64,000 bases of DNA from Patescibacteria group bacterium (lineage in GTDB: Bacteria > Patescibacteriota > Minisyncoccia > UBA9983), in NCBI GenBank assembly GCA_018895015.1, contig JAHIOX010000015.1, forward strand, positions 11,533 through 75,532. Direction: 5' to 3'. Shown here piece by piece: positions 63,898 to 64,000 of this stretch; positions within the stretch are counted from its first letter, which is position 1, and each line of letters starts with the position of its first letter. The translations under genes were made by a program, and so were the position numbers. The notes below the pieces were generated by a model, which searched no databases, had not been told where the DNA came from, and saw only the letters and a program-made list of their open reading frames with translations.

Positions 63898-63918
63898 CTT
63901 GCCCCGTTAGATTTTTTG

Positions 63919-63992
63919 TGGACGATGCAGGATTCGAACCTGCGGCCTTCTCGGTGTAAACGAGACGCTCTAACCAACTGAGCTAATCGTCC
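63919..63992 (-). tRNA. tRNA-Val(TAC)
   Basis: GGACGAT/ATCGTCC acceptor; TCTCG-TTTACAC-CGAGA anticodon arm. Confidence 0.96.
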
Positions 63993-64000
63993 ATGAAATC

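Overview
This 64 kb window looks like core chromosome of a reduced-genome bacterium, most likely Patescibacteria/CPR (Parcubacteria-like). That assignment is inferred from the divergent unlinked 16S and 23S-5S genes, rplK not followed by rplA, two VirD4/TraD-like ATPases and CPR-typical hypothetical proteins. Most genes are on the minus strand: translation genes (rplJL, rplK-nusG-secE, rpsF-ssb-rpsR, rplS, efp, ileS, argS, metG, glyQS), secDF, murB, rodA, folD, glyA, nrdDG, hypCDE with a truncated hypF, tmk-thyA, a RelE-type toxin-antitoxin pair, 7 tRNAs and one tRNA half. No CRISPR array, transposase or integrase is visible. Four observations stand out. (1) The 16S rRNA has lost its anti-Shine-Dalgarno tail and core genes are SD-less, often near-leaderless, yet about 10 accessory genes in six self-contained, terminator-bounded cassettes carry SD sequences. 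(2) A 39-50 bp stop-free palindrome family is inserted in-frame in six housekeeping genes, and a second ~16 bp palindrome family occurs in genes and in 23S rRNA. (3) A DUF559 endonuclease plus cargo gene is bracketed by ~100 bp REP-doublet direct repeats between argS and ileS. (4) Several tRNAs overlap or directly abut CDS ends. All product calls come from motif recognition by eye; no database searches were run.
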